NCBI RefSeq assembly: GCF_035084215.1
Contig: NC_090365.1
Location: forward strand, 11,348,001 to 11,412,000
DNA from: Heptranchias perlo
Lineage: Eukaryota
Length of the DNA stretch: 64,000 nucleotides
Direction of reading: 5' to 3'
Below the pieces are notes generated by a model, which did not search any database, was not told the origin of the DNA, and saw only the letters and a program-made list of their open reading frames with translations. The first letter of the stretch is position 1; the number at the start of each line of letters is the position of its first letter. Below, piece after piece: positions 39,105-52,762 of this stretch. A program made the position numbers and the translations under genes.

Positions 39105-39590
39105 GGAAAGAAAAAACTTGTGTTTCTACAGCACTTTTCATATCTTCAAGGTGTGACAAAACACCTCATAGCCAAATAATTACTTTTGAAACATAATCGC
39201 TGATGTTTTGTAAGCAAACGTGGAGCCAACTTGCCCACAGCAAGGTCCCACAGACAAATAATGAACTTGCATTTATATAGCGCCTTCATGACCTCAGGAT
39301 GTTCCAAAACGCTTTACAGCCAATGAAAGATTTATGAAGTGTAGTCATTGTTGTAATGATGGAGATGAGCAGCTAATCTGTTTTTTGGTGATGTTGGTTG
39401 AGGAATGAATGTTGTCCCCTCGCGTGCCGGGGAGAACTCCCCTACTCTTCAAATAGTACCATGGGGATCCTTTATATCCACCTGGGGCTTCAAATTAAAG
39501 TCTCATCTGATGGACAGCACCTCTGACAATGCAGCTCTCCCTCAGTACTGCACTGAGTTCAGCCTAGATTATGTGCTATTCAATTTAGGC
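39105..39590 (-). mobile_element. Diverged DeuSINE with a nested DeuSINE tail
   Basis: Two tail motifs (about 39115 and 39265) and a core remnant. Confidence 0.7.
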
Positions 39591-39764
39591 TAATTTGCAT
39601 ACCTGAGTGAGCATAATCCCTTTTATCCAGTGTATCAAATGCTAATGAAACTAGTTTCTAATTAATGTTATTTGTTTAAGTAAATTGAGTTTAATTAACA
39701 TACTTTTCCGCTTTACCCTTTCTATAACTATAGCAAACATGCTCTACATTCTTTTTAAAAGAAA

Positions 39765-40165
39765 AAACAAGAAAAACTTGATTTATATAGCACCTTTCAC
39801 GACCTCAGGATGTCCCAAAGCGTTTCACAACCAATGATGTACTTTTGAAGTGCAGTCACTGTTGTAATGTAGGAAACGTGGCAGCCAATTTGCGCACAGC
39901 AAGATCCCACAAACAGCAATGATAGAATGACCAGATAATCTGTTTTAGTGATGTTGGTTGAGGGATAAATATTGACCAGGACACCGGGGAGAACGCCCCA
40001 GCTCTTCTTTGAAATAGTGCCATGGGATCTTTTACATCCACCTGAAAAGGCAGATGGGGCCTTGGTTTAATGTCTCATCCAAAAGACGGCACCCCCGACA
40101 GTGCAGCACTCCCTCAGTGCTGCACTGGGAGTGTCGGCCTAGATTTTGTGCTCAAGACTCTGGAT
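39765..40165 (-). mobile_element. DeuSINE
   Basis: Deu core and tail. Confidence 0.9.
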
Positions 40166-41137
40166 TAATTTAATATATCTATACATGTAAATTGGACGTA
40201 GTTAGCATAGCAAACAAACATTCCAAATTCAGTAAGGGCAGGCTCAGAAATGTTGAATTATTAATGAAATATGCAGGTACTTTCTGTCTCTGCCCCCAGA
40301 CCCTCCTACTGTTCCACTTATTTGGCGTGTTTGTACGAATTGACTGAGCTCGATCCAGTTGATTTTGTCTGCCCTCTGTGAGCGGTTTCCTTCCATATTC
40401 TTGAAACACAAGAAGCGAAGGGTTGGGCAATCTTTCCCATCACTTGGACCAGCCTGATGTGGAAACCATGAAGGGGTTGGACACCTCCAAAACCACAGGG
40501 CTCTTCCTTCCATGCAGCTTGCGGAATCAGGGCGGTGCCTCGCCACATAAACTTTGACGGCACTGCGTGTTTATGGCCATTTTCTTTCCCCTTCCCTAAT
40601 CGATGGAAAGTACTGACAGCCTTCGGCCTATGTGGGTTACCTTAAATTGAGAAATGCAGGTGAAAGGTCATGCAAAGGCGCAATCAAACCTGAAAACAGG
40701 AAGTAGGAAGATGGTGTAAATCAAGAAGTGGTGGTTAGGGGTGATACCGAGTTTGGGTTTAAAACTCTGTAGGGGGGAGGAAAGACTGAGGGAGGGAATG
40801 AATCCCATAGTTTCGAGGTTCTGGGAAACAATTACAGACAATGACCATCAGCAGGCTATTCAACAGGGAGAGGCACCACAGTCAAGCTTGAGCCTGGCTG
40901 ATCCACTACTTCAATTCATATTAAAGTAAAAATAGCAGTATAAGTCACGTCTGCCAGCTACTTCTGCAGAAAAAAAAATGACCTGCAAATGCTGGAAATC
41001 TTATGAAAACAGAAATTGCCGTAAATGCGCAACAGGTCAGTGAAGGATCTGTAAAGGGAAAAGATGAGCTAACATTTGGAGTATGGCCCTTTTCTTCAGA
41101 ACCAAGAAAGAGTCACACCTGGTCTTTTCTCTTTATA

Positions 41138-41525
41138 AAAAAAGACTTGCATTTATATAGCGCCTTTCACGACTTCAGGACAGCCAATGAGGTAGTTTAG
41201 AAGTATAATCACTGTAGGAAACGCAGCAGCCAATTTGTGCACAGCAAGATCCCACAAATGGCATTGAGATAAATGACCAGATAATCTATTTTTGTGACGT
41301 TAGTTGAGGGATAAATATTGGCTAGGACACCCTGGGTTTTTCTCCATCCACCTGAGAGGGCCTCAGTTTAACGTCTCATCCGAAAGACAACACCTCCGAC
41401 AGTGCGGCACTCCCTCAGTACTGCACTGGAGTGTCAGCCTGGATTTTGTGTTCAAGTCTCTGGAGTGGGGCTTAGATAACCATCACCTTCCTGACTCAGA
41501 GGTGAGGGAGCTACCCACTGACAAC
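41138..41525 (-). mobile_element. DeuSINE with internal deletions
   Basis: Deu core and tail. Confidence 0.85.
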
Positions 41526-42308
41526 ATACACATGCTGACTGACCTGCCATGTACGTCTAGTATTTTATTTCTAATCAAGCACCGGACCGAAAATCTAGCA
41601 GCACCATAAATATCACCATGAAAAAATAGCAGGTTACAGAATCTTTCTTCACTTCTACGGGCTGTTGGAGGCTATCGAGCGTTACTAAAAAAAGACAATA
41701 TTTTTTAAAACATTACTATTTGGAGGTACTGTAGACTTCCTCCCACTCAACAGCACTGCCAGTCTAATGCCTCGTTGCTCCAGTGTGTGGGAGGAAGTCA
41801 CAGAGGTAAGCCCCCCCACCGTGTAACACTGCAAAGTGATATCAGTGCCACAACAGCTGAGGGCTATTTTTAAATCACGCTATTTTAACCAGCTCTTTGT
41901 GAGGCTGGAGTTTGACGAGCCATTGAATAATTAGCAGAAGGATTGCAGGTGCGAGGTAACGCAGAGCGACCAGGGCCTTCAGAGGCACTGGTCAATCAGC
42001 ACATGGAAAGGTAACAGCCGGCAGAATAATGCGACCCTTTATGGGTTTTGAAAAGATCTGAAGCAGGAGTGCTCGGGATAAAGAATAGGCAGCTCCTTGC
42101 ATTGTGTGGCTCAGTGACTCTTAGTGTCTCCCTGCATCAAAACAGGAGCTCGTAATTAAAACTTTAATCACTAGCACAGTGACAGGGTACGTGCCTTCCC
42201 TTCGCACCTGCCTTTTGTCTCACCTGCACGTTTGAAGGGGACACGTAGTTCTATAGGGGGAAGGAGGAAGGGTCAAGTTGTGACCCAGATTGTTGTACAC
42301 TCATCCCC

Positions 42309-42625
42309 ATGTTCAAATCCTTCCATGGCCTCGCCCCCTCCTTATCTCTGTAACCTCCTCCAGCCCCACACCCCGTCAAGAACTCTGCCTTCCTCCAACT
42401 CTGGCCTCTGGTGCACCCCCCACTCCCTTCGCCCCATCATTGGCGGCCGTGCCTTCAGCCGTCTAGGCCCTAAGCTCTGGAATTCCCTCCCTAAACCCCT
42501 CCGCCTCTCTACCTCTCTCTCCTCCTTCAAGACGCTCCTTAAAACCTACCTCTTTGACCAAGCTTTTGGTCACCTGTCCTAATATCTCCTTATGTGGCTC
42601 GGTGGCAATGTTTGTCTGATTATAG
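42309..42625 (+). mobile_element. L2-type LINE 3' fragment
   Basis: Encodes GGRAFSRLGPKLWNSLPKPLRLSTSLSSFKTLLKTYLF. Confidence 0.88.
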
Positions 42626-43057
42626 CCCTGTTGATATGGGCCTGGTGTTACATGTCTTGCTATATAGGGTTGGAGTTAGAGGCCTAGTGTTATCTGCAAA
42701 CAAAATTAATCCTTATTATCCAGAAGGGTTAATGCCATTGTTCTCTTTTTAGCTGTGAGTTCCATTAATTCCTTCCTCCTTTGGAGGTTTTCAGACAGGA
42801 AGAGCCCACATACAAATTATCAAGGGCAGTGTTATCACAAGTGTTTATTTTGAGCAACAAACTCTCTTCTCTCTTTTTGAGAGAGATTACCAAGTGGAAT
42901 TCGGTCAATAAGTTTATTTTTGATAGCGAAACCTCTGACTCTCATCAACGAAAATGTGTTACTTTTTAAACTCCCAGTGCCACCTTGTCACAAGTTGACT
43001 GAAAAATGAACCATCTTACAATCGGGGACCTCCCAGCTTGTGTCTTTGAGGACCACA

Positions 43058-44415
43058 CGGGTATATACCATGGAATCTCAGGGTTACGGGTATATACCAT
43101 GGAATCTCAGGGTTACAGGTATATACCATGGAATCTCAGGGTTTCAGGTATATACCATGGAATCTCAGGATTACAGGTATATACCATGGAATCTCAGGAT
43201 TACAGGTATATACCATGGAATCTCAGGATTACAGGTATATACCATGGAATCTCAGGGTTACAGGTATATACCATGGAATCTCAGGATTACAGGTATATAC
43301 CATGGAATCTCAGGATTACAGGTATATACCATGGAATCTCACGATTACAGGTATATACCATGGAATCTCAGGATTACAGGTATATACCATGGAATCTCAG
43401 GGTTACAGGTATATACCATGGAATCTCAGGATTACAGGTATATACCATGGAATCTCAGGATTACAGGTATATACCATGGAATCTCAGGATTACAGGTATA
43501 TACCATGGAATCTCAGGGTTACAGGTATATACCATGGAATCTCAGGATTACAGGTATATACCATGGAATCTCAGGATTACAGGTATATACCATGGAATCT
43601 CACGATTACAGGTATATACCATGGAATCTCAGGATTACAGGTATATACCATGGAATCTCAGGATTACAGGTATATACCATGGAATCTCAGGGTTACAGGT
43701 ATATACCATGGAATCTCAGGATTACAGGTATATACCATGGAATCTCAGGATTACAGGTATATACCATGGAATCTCAGGGTTACGGGTATATACCATGGAA
43801 TCTCAGGATTACAGGTATATACCATGGAATCTCAGGGTTACAGGTATATACCATGGAATCTCAGGATTACAGGTATATACCATGGAATCTCAGGATTACG
43901 GGTATATACCATGGAATCTCAGGGTTACAGGTATATACCATGGAATCTCAGGATTACAGGTATATACCATAGAATCTCAGGATTACGGGTATATACCATG
44001 GAATCTCAGGATTACGGGTATATACCATGGAATCTCAGGGTTACAGGTATATACCATGGAATCTCAGGATTACAGGTATATACCATGGAATCTCAGGGTT
44101 ACAGGTGTATACCATGGAATCTCAGGGTTTCATGTATATACCATGGAATCTCAGGATTGCAGGTATATACCATGGAATCTCAGGATTACAGGTATATACC
44201 ATGGAATCTCATGGTTACAGGTATATACCATGGAATCTCATGGTTACAGGTATATACCATGGAATCTCATGGTTACAGGTGTATACCATGGAATCTCAGG
44301 GTTACAGGTATATACCATGGAATCTCAGGATTACAGGTGTATACCATGGAATCTCAGGATTATAGGTATATACCATGGAATCTCATGGTTACAGGTGTAT
44401 ACCATGGAATCTCAA
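43058..44415. repeat. 29-bp minisatellite (caggtatataccatggaatctcaggatta), ~47 copies
   Basis: Direct periodicity. It explains the ORFs of 523, 444 and 310 aa. Confidence 0.98.
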
Positions 44416-44979
44416 GTTCATGTGCATTTTTCCATTTATTTGCATATATCTCAGTTTTCTGATACTAACAGATCATGGTGCAACATCACTGAAAACAGCC
44501 CTTTCCAAACCTCCAGGCCCACAAAATTTAAACAGGCGAAATCACTGTGTGAGAGATGTACGTGCAAATTGGACTGAGTGGTCTGGACTTTGAGGGTCGA
44601 ATTGCCAGGACTCAAGGGCTGCTTGTGGCCTTGTGGCTGTGATTTGGGCTTCCTCTGCTTTCAATTGATGGAACGTAGCAGCTGATGCGAATCCTGTGGG
44701 CTCTTCATGTTTCTGACCTTCCCCCAGTTTCGTTCTCTGATCACTGGGCCAGTGTTAGAATTGCAATCTCCTTGTTGTAGCTCAAAGCTCCCAGGCCACC
44801 TCAGTCCTGCATCATTGTTTTAACTAAACTAATTATGCCCTACCCTCAAAAACACCTCATTCCTCTCTTCTTTTCCTTTTAACCTTTATCTCACTCCTCC
44901 TTTACTTCCTTCCTTCTCTTATTTTCTTATCCCCATCAACTCTCTTCTGATCTCCTATAGGTGCTGACTCTTATGCGTT

Positions 44980-45390
44980 AATGGTTGTGGGTTCAAGTCC
45001 CATTCCAGAGACTTGAACACAAAATCTAGGCCGACACTCCCAGTTCAGCACTGAGGGAGTGCTGCACTGTCGGAGGTGCCGTCTTCTAGATGAGATGTTA
45101 AACCAAGGCCCCATCTGCCCTCTCGGGTGGACGTAAAAGATGCCATGGTACTATTTCGAAGAAGAGCAGGGGAGTTCTCCCTGGCGTCTGGGCCAATATT
45201 CATCCCTCAACCAACATCACTGCAAACAGATTATCTAGTCATTTGTCTCACTGCTGTTTGTGGGAGCTTGCTGTGCACAAATTGGCTGTCACGTTTCCTA
45301 CATTACAACAGTGACTACACTTCAAAAGTACTTTGTTGGCTATAAAGTGCTTTGGGGTGTCCTGGGGTCGTGAAAGGCACTGTAGAAATT
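44980..45390 (+). mobile_element. DeuSINE
   Basis: Deu core and tail. Confidence 0.88.
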
Positions 45391-46409
45391 GCCAACCAAC
45401 AGCCACAAGTGCAACAGCAGTAGTGAGAGAATAGGGATCAAGAACGGGGGAAGCTGGTCGACTTTTCCACTCGTTAGCCCAGGGGCAAGCTGATGCCCAT
45501 TGTTTCAGCTCTTCTGCCACTCAGTTAACTCAACACTGGATCAGTTTTCGTCCTGTAAGGCTCAGTTCCAAATTGGACAGAGCGTTTACCAACAGAGACT
45601 TTCAGTAAAGCTCGACACTGATAAAGATAGCGATACCACAAATTTAAAATAAAATTGCTGGACTATAACTTGGTGTTGTAAAATTGTTTACAATTGTCAA
45701 CCCCAGTCCATCACCGGCATCTCCACACCAACACACACTGCAGTGGTCACAGTTTGAGACTGTCAGTGGAAGTTACATTCTGATTTCCAAGAACATACCA
45801 GTAATCAGATTGGGTGTAACACTACACGTGGTGAACAACCACTCTCCTGTACTTGTAAATGGATCTAAATATTAACATTTCATAGACTTCGGATTTATGT
45901 TCAAAATTCCAAGGGATCGAACACCTCCCTATTCACTCCAATCAAAAAACTTCCACCAATTTCTCCTCCTCCCAGATTTTAATTCTCAGCTCATTTTTGT
46001 CAACCTTCAACCACCTCTCTCGAGGCTGCATTACCAACACTTGTAACTCACTTGTGAACCTCACAATTTTAAGATATGTTCTTCAATGCTCACGATCCAC
46101 ATGAGAAGTTCAAATGGAACTGTGCACAGAACAATTCGGTCCCTGTGCGAGATAGCGTTGTATTCAGTCATTCTGTCCTTTCTGATTGGACTGCTGAAGG
46201 AATGATTCAACAGGGTCAAGGCGGAAGGATTTGCTCATTGGCTCTTGTGAGCCAAAGTCTCAGGTATCAATGATCCAAGAGGAACAGTTCCTGGGCACAG
46301 CCCTGACAGGTCCACAATCAAATAGTCTGATGCCAGTCACTGTGTAGGCTCAGAGATGGACAAGCACCAAGAATGAACAAGATACCAGATACGCTAGCAG
46401 GTAGAATGG

Positions 46410-46852
46410 TCAGCTGTGGCTCAGTGGGTAGCATTTGTGCCGCTGAGTCAGAAAGTCATGGGTTCAAGTCCAACTCCAGAGACTTGAGTACAAAATCTGG
46501 GCTGACACTCCAGTGCTGCACTGAGGGAGTGCTACACTGTCAGGAGTACTGTCCCTTTGAAAAGACAACATATAACCAATTCTCAAGTGGGTGTATGCCA
46601 CCACTTTGAAGAATAGAAGGGGAGTTTGCCCCTGTGTTGTGGCCAATACTTATCCCTCAACCAACATCACTAAAAACAGATTATCTGGTCATTATCACAG
46701 TGCTGTTTGTGGGACCTTGCTGCGTGCAAATTGGCTGCCAGGTTTCTTACATTACAACAGTGACTACATTTCAAAAGTACTTCATTGGTTGTAAAGCACT
46801 TTGGAACGTCCTGAGGTTGTGAAAGGTGCTATATAAATGCAAGTCTTTCTTT
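46410..46852 (+). mobile_element. DeuSINE
   Basis: Head, diverged core and tail. Confidence 0.85.
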
Positions 46853-48212
46853 AGCATAGTCTGCTGCAAAACTGCCATTGCACAATGCCCACATCAGCGG
46901 GTGTGAAAACTCCCACTGTTCCGGATCTGATACCTAACGCATTTGCAAGCTACTATGGGACAGAATTGTCATGAGGCTGTTTTGATTTTTTTTTAAACCC
47001 ACATAATCTTTGTGCCATCATTAGATACTGTGAGTTGGTACGACATCACGTTTGCTTCCTGAGCACTTTTACAGAACGTCTCAGAGTCATTTTCTGAGCC
47101 ATTCTAACAGATCACTTTCCCTCGTCCTCATATATCACCTGGTGAAATTATATTCCAGCCACATTCTAACTTAACTGTTGAATAATATTTACTCCTGTTT
47201 TAGAAACCTGCTTTAGACCCATATCCCTTGTACAGGTTGCCCGGTCTCATAGAATGATACAGCACAGAAGGAGGCCATTCAACCCATCGTGCCTGTGCCG
47301 GCCCATCTGAGACATCCAATTGGTGTATTTCTCAGCAATTGGCCTCAGTATCCCTGGACTGGGTGAGGGGGACAAATTAGCCAGAGTTCCCGCTGCCGAT
47401 CATAGTCAGTGCCTCGACAAAGTGCTCATGGGTAGAATTTGGGCGAACGCAGCTTTAGGTCTGATTTTGCTGCCCTTCCACAGTCGAAGAGCCGGCCAAC
47501 GTTCACCCCGTGCAGACTGGCCCTTGGGCAAGGAACCCTGCCCTAGCAAGAGTCCGCACCATCGGGAGAGGAGGGGGGAAAGAATTAATTCATATAAAGT
47601 AACCTGACAGGATCTGACTGCATGAATGAGTTCAAAAACAAAGCAGCCATTCATGAAGGCTGTTGTTCTCTGCTCTGTACCATGTCCCAGCTTTGCTTCA
47701 CTCTAAACCGAGCCCTTATGTAACACGCCCTACAACCAAACTTGCACACGTTTCCGATCAATGTCGTCCAAAGCTAGGAAACTTAAGAGAGGACTCACCG
47801 AATGGCTTGACACGGGTTCCATCAGCTTCTGCCTGACTGCGGGGCCACCTGATCGTGGGCTAGCGGACGCAACTGGCAACCAGCTCAGTCAGGCAAGCCT
47901 TACGTCACTGTGATGTCAGCGGCCGGTCTCCCGAGCCCAATGATCTCCCTGCACGGAGTCTGTTAATTGTTTTTCCTGCTCGCAGTTCCCCCAGGAGGAG
48001 TCACCAAGAGCTGATAGACGCAGTTGCCCGGAGAGCACGCTTTAATCTCTGAGGTGACACGAGCCTGTTGAAAGGACTGGAGGTAATCTAAACAGAGGAA
48101 GGCCGCTTTGAAAAGCTGCAGTCTTTCCACTGAAGGGTCAGCTAGGCCAGCTCTCCTTGATACAACTGGGAGTGAGTGACAGGGAGGTGATCTTGAACTG
48201 TATTTAGAATTG

Positions 48213-48485
48213 CAACAACAACATCAACTTGCATTTATATAGCACCTAAAACCCAAGCCACTTCACAGGAGCGTTATCAGACAAAATTAGACATCGAGAT
48301 ATTAGGACAGGTGACCAAAAGCTTGGCCAAAGAGGTAGGCTTTAAGGAGCATCTTAAAGGAGGAGAGGGAGGTAGAGAGGTTTAGGGAGGGAATTCCAGA
48401 GCTTAGGACCTAGGCAGCTGAAGGCACGGCCGCCAATGGTGGAGCGATTCAAATCATGAATGTGTGAAAAGCCAGACTTGAAGTA
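48213..48485 (-). mobile_element. L2-type LINE 3' fragment
   Basis: (caa)n tail and L2 3' end. Confidence 0.85.
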
Positions 48486-48489
48486 TTGA

Positions 48490-48908
48490 AGGATAAATCT
48501 TGGCCAGGACACCGGGGAGAACTCCGCTGCTCTTCTCCGGAAAGTGCCATGGGATCTTTTATGTCCACCTGAGAGGGCATCAGTTTAACGTCTCATCTGA
48601 AAGACGGCATCTCTGACAGTGCAGCACGCCCTCAGTACTGCACTGAAGTGTCAGCCTGGATTTTGTGCTCAAGTGTCTGGAATGGGGACTCCCCCGGTCT
48701 CCTGACCAATATTTATCACTCAACCAACAGCTTAAACAGATTATCTGGTCATTTATCCCATTGCTGTTTATGGGATCTTGCTGTGCACAAATTAGTTGCT
48801 GCGTTTCCTGCATTACAACTGAGACTACAAATATACTTCAGTCACTGTGGGACGCTTTGGGACATCCTGGGTTCATGAAAGGCACTATATAAATGCAAGT
48901 CTTTCTTT
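48490..48908. mobile_element. DeuSINE with inverted 5' half
   Basis: 48490-48690 is the 5'/core part on the minus strand. 48690-48908 is the 3' part on the plus strand. Confidence 0.75.
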
Positions 48909-49775
48909 AAGAAGAGGTTAGATAGACATTTGAAAGAAAGGGGGGGGTCATAGGATATGGGAACAGGGCAAGCACATGAGATTAGGATTACTGCTCGTGT
49001 GAAGGATAAAGACCACCATGGACCTGTTTCCGTGTTGTAACTTCTATACGTTTCTGGAGTACTCACACACCGGTCGAAAGCTCCTAACCTGCACTACATC
49101 ATACCAACTTTCTTCAGGCCTTGCTGCAAACATCAATGTGACGCCACATCCTTTCCAAACCAGCCTGCACAGCAGCTGTCTGGCCTGGTAGTGCTGCAGT
49201 TAAAATCGTATTGGCGAGGCCTACAGCTGTTTCAGATCAGAGCGGCTCAAGGTAAATGATGGGGATTCACGTACTCTGATTGATATGAGATCGGGGCAGA
49301 AGCTTCCCTTTCTCATGCCGCGGAGCAAATGGTTTTGAAGTAAGCTCATGCAAAGAGTTGAGTGACTGCTCTCCCACTCTGTTCCACTGATCGGCAACTA
49401 TCCGTATCGGGCAGGTAAACTGACACTGGGGGTAAATTAAGTTATATGAGATTTTTTTACTGCTATTACTGTGATCCCATCCATTTTTCCATTAAAATCT
49501 CTAATTAGTGACCTTGGAAACAATTCAACTACCACCTTAAATGTCTCCTACATGGTTTGCAGAATCCGACCAGCCAGAATGGCAAGACAGACCAGGATCT
49601 GCCTCTAGGAAGAGCACTTCCAGATAAACAGGCAAGCAATCTCAGCTTTTCCAGCAAGGTGCAACTTTCCATTATGGGTCAACAACAACAACTTGCATTT
49701 ATATAGCACCTTTAACATTGTAAAACATCCCATGGAGCTGCACAGGAGCATTATCAGGCAAAATTTCCTACATTA

Positions 49776-50254
49776 CTACAGGTCCAAGAGACCAGCAGGA
49801 GTTGGGGCTACAGGTCCAGGAGACCAGCAGGAGTTGGGGCTACAGGTCCAGGAGACCAGCAGGAGTTGGGGCTTTGAGTCCAGGAGACCAGCAGGAGTTG
49901 GGGCTACAGGTCCAGGAGACTAGCAGGAGTTGGGGCTACAGGTCCAGGAGACCAGCAGGAGTTGGGGCTACAGGTCCAGGAGACCAGCAGGAGTTGGGGC
50001 TTTGAGTCCAGGAGACCAGCAGGAGTTGGGGCTACAGGTCCAGGAAACCAGCAGGAGTTGGGGCTACAGGTCCAGGAGACCAGCAGGAGTTGGGGCTACA
50101 GGTCCAGGAGACCAGCAGGACTTGGGGCTACAGGTCCAGGAGACCAGCAGGAGTTGGGGCTACAGGTCCAGGAGACCAGCAGGAGTTGGGGCTACAGGTC
50201 CAGGAGACCAGCAGGACTTGGGGCTACAGGTCCAGGAGACCAGCAGGAGTTGGG
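49776..50254. repeat. 32-bp minisatellite (ctacaggtccaggagaccagcaggagttgggg), ~15 copies
   Basis: Direct periodicity. Confidence 0.97.
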
Positions 50255-51408
50255 ATACCCACATTTTTTTAAGCATGTTTGACGGCTTAAAATGGAAAAA
50301 AATGTGGCTCTTATGGGCATGTGCTGGGAATATTTTAAAACCAGCGCGATCCCACGATTTAAAATAACGCTGGCCAGAAAAATCTAAACTTCAGTGTATG
50401 GAGGACGCTCAACTATCTTCCAATTTCCATTATCTGTCGGTGGGGTGGGGTGAGGGGGGGCGGGCTGTGAAGGGTGTGTCCTTCCCCAAGTGTAGATACT
50501 GAGATTCATACGTTGATATCTGACTGAGGTGCGTTGAGTGGGCTGGATAGGCTGTGCTGTGTTTGGGTGGTAAAGATGCAAAAGAAGATGAGGGCAAGTT
50601 GTTGGCTGTGGCTTTGTGGGAAGGTCAGGCCCTTCCTTTGTCCTATCACTGTGGGATCGAGGGAGGGATACTGTCTCTACCACAACGCTGGCTGCACTGC
50701 TTTGTCTCCCTTTTGTAGGACGTTGTGACATTTGGGGCAACGCTGGGAATGATCCCCTCAATTAGGTCTCCAGGAAGAGATCGTAGGTCACCCAATAGTT
50801 CCTTAAGCCCAGGAAGAGACTGCTCATCCTCCTTCACTTTTCCTCTCCATCTTTCTCTGTCTCTATGGCCAGGAGTTTCTTCGCTCCATGATTTACAAGA
50901 ACTGACCTGAAATGTTAACTCTGTTTCTCTCTCCACAGATGCTGCCCTGACCTGCTGAGTGATTCCAGCATTTTCTGTCTTTATATCTGTACAATGGCCC
51001 CTGGCATTTCGTGCGTGTGAATTAGCATGTGAGTGTGTGTATGTGTGTCCGTGTGAGTGTGAGTGAGTGTGAGTGTGTGTGTTAGCATTAGTGTTTCCCA
51101 TTGTCTTTCTGTCACTCTTGGTCTATCTCTATGTGCATCTGTATCGTAGCCTAGTTTACTACAAAATATTTGACCTGGTTTTGAGGTGAGGCTAATAAGT
51201 CAATAGTTACCTAGGCCTGATTCCCTCCTTTATAGATACAGGCATTTGGTTGTTTAGCTGCCAATCTTGTGGGACCTCTTCACTCCGTAATGAACCTCCC
51301 ACTACTGCGTCACAGTAATTGAACAGCAAACCTAGCAAATATTTCTAGAAAATATCCATTTAATAATTCAGTTATATTCCCATTATCTGTGATGAAATAC
51401 CTCACACA

Positions 51409-51577
51409 TTTCACCTCTGGGGCCTGGGTTCAAATCTAACCCAGAATGAAGGAATTAAAACCCATTCACTATGGCGGTCCTATGTAAAATGAGTTTGGGG
51501 AAGTGTCAACCCAATTCCTAGTTGGCATGGGCCAAAAGTGTCCCGAATTTGGAATCAACTGGCACTAAACTGGCAAA
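51409..51577 (+). mobile_element. LF-SINE-like ancient SINE relic
   Basis: Ordered blocks tttcacctctgggg.ctgggttcaaatct..cccag, cctatgtaaaatgagtt, ccaattcctagt and caactggcactaaactggca parallel the 5' half of the LF-SINE consensus as recalled. Confidence 0.55.
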
Positions 51578-52226
51578 ATCACTTCCCCTGGTTCGAGATT
51601 TCTGGCTATGCTACCATGTGGGGACCTTGGTGTAATATTTGTTAAAAATGCTATTATTGAGCCAAATGTAGCTCTCGAGGGTTAAATTTGCGGAATAGTA
51701 GGGTAGATGTGCTTTAAGATTCAGATGGGCATCGGAACAATGTGCTGAAGACAACGAAGGATAGTTTGACATCCTGGTAATCTTTCACACTCATTGCTGC
51801 TGCAGTGTCTTCATTTATCTGAACTCAGCGGGCTCATTGGTCAAGTTGGTGGATGCACCTCTAAGACTGGAAAGTGAAAAAGACCGTAGGGAGAGATGGT
51901 TTTTCCCTGGGCTGTAGGCCACAATAGAGAAGAGTTATTCTGTTGAAGTTAAGTAAGACAACCCACAGATGTGGGGAAGTGTAGCGTGCTCATTATTTAA
52001 TATTATTATGCAAAGGTAAGTTGTATCGATTGAAATAAGTGAATCTAATAGGTTCACCAGTTGTGAAATAACATAGTTTAGTGCAAGCCTCATCTCACCA
52101 AGTGTCTGCTGGCTACATCTTCAGAGAGAATGATGAGATATTTACAAAAGACGTGGATCTCTGGTTCAGGTCACAAGGTGGGTACTACTGCTGTACCCCT
52201 GGGTCACACTCTCGTACAAGTGGATA

Positions 52227-52462
52227 TAGGAACATAGGAACAGGAGGAGGCCATTCAGCCCCTCGAGCCTGTTCCGCCGTTCAATTAGATCATGGCTGAT
52301 CTGTATCTTAACTCTTTAAAACCTCTTTGACCAAGCTTTTGATCACCTGTCCTAATATCTCCTTACGTGGCTTGGTGTCAATTTTTATCTGATAACGTTC
52401 CTGTGAAGCGCCTTGGGACATTTTATTACGTTAAAGGCGCTATATAAATGCAAATTGTTGTT
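52227..52462. mobile_element. CR1 tail (-) joined to an L2 tail (+)
   Basis: taggaacataggaacagg...gccattcagcccctcgagcc, then acctctttgaccaagc...ggcgctatataaatgc. Confidence 0.8.
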
Positions 52463-52762
52463 TTTGTGTTAACTTCCTTCACTCTGTAGGACCCCAAGTT
52501 TACAAAGGAGAGACTGCTGCAGCCAAGTAATCCTTGCTCAAAAGACTTGCAGTCACACCGGCCTCGTCTGCACTGACATGGAAAACAACTTCACTCGTAT
52601 TACAACACCCTGAGCTGGTCTGCTGCCAAACCTGCAGTCAGTGAGCTGTGGGCGGAGTCCAACTGAGTGGGAGGAGCACATGTGTTTATTGTCAGCACGG
52701 AGTTTAACCGCAGCCCTTGTCATTTAGTCTTGTGATTAAGAGTCTGAGGTAAGCATTTGGCT

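Noticed and set aside
43006..44577. 523-aa ORF and overlapping long ORFs
   Set aside because: These are translations of a 29-bp tandem repeat; all frames give the same repeating peptide.
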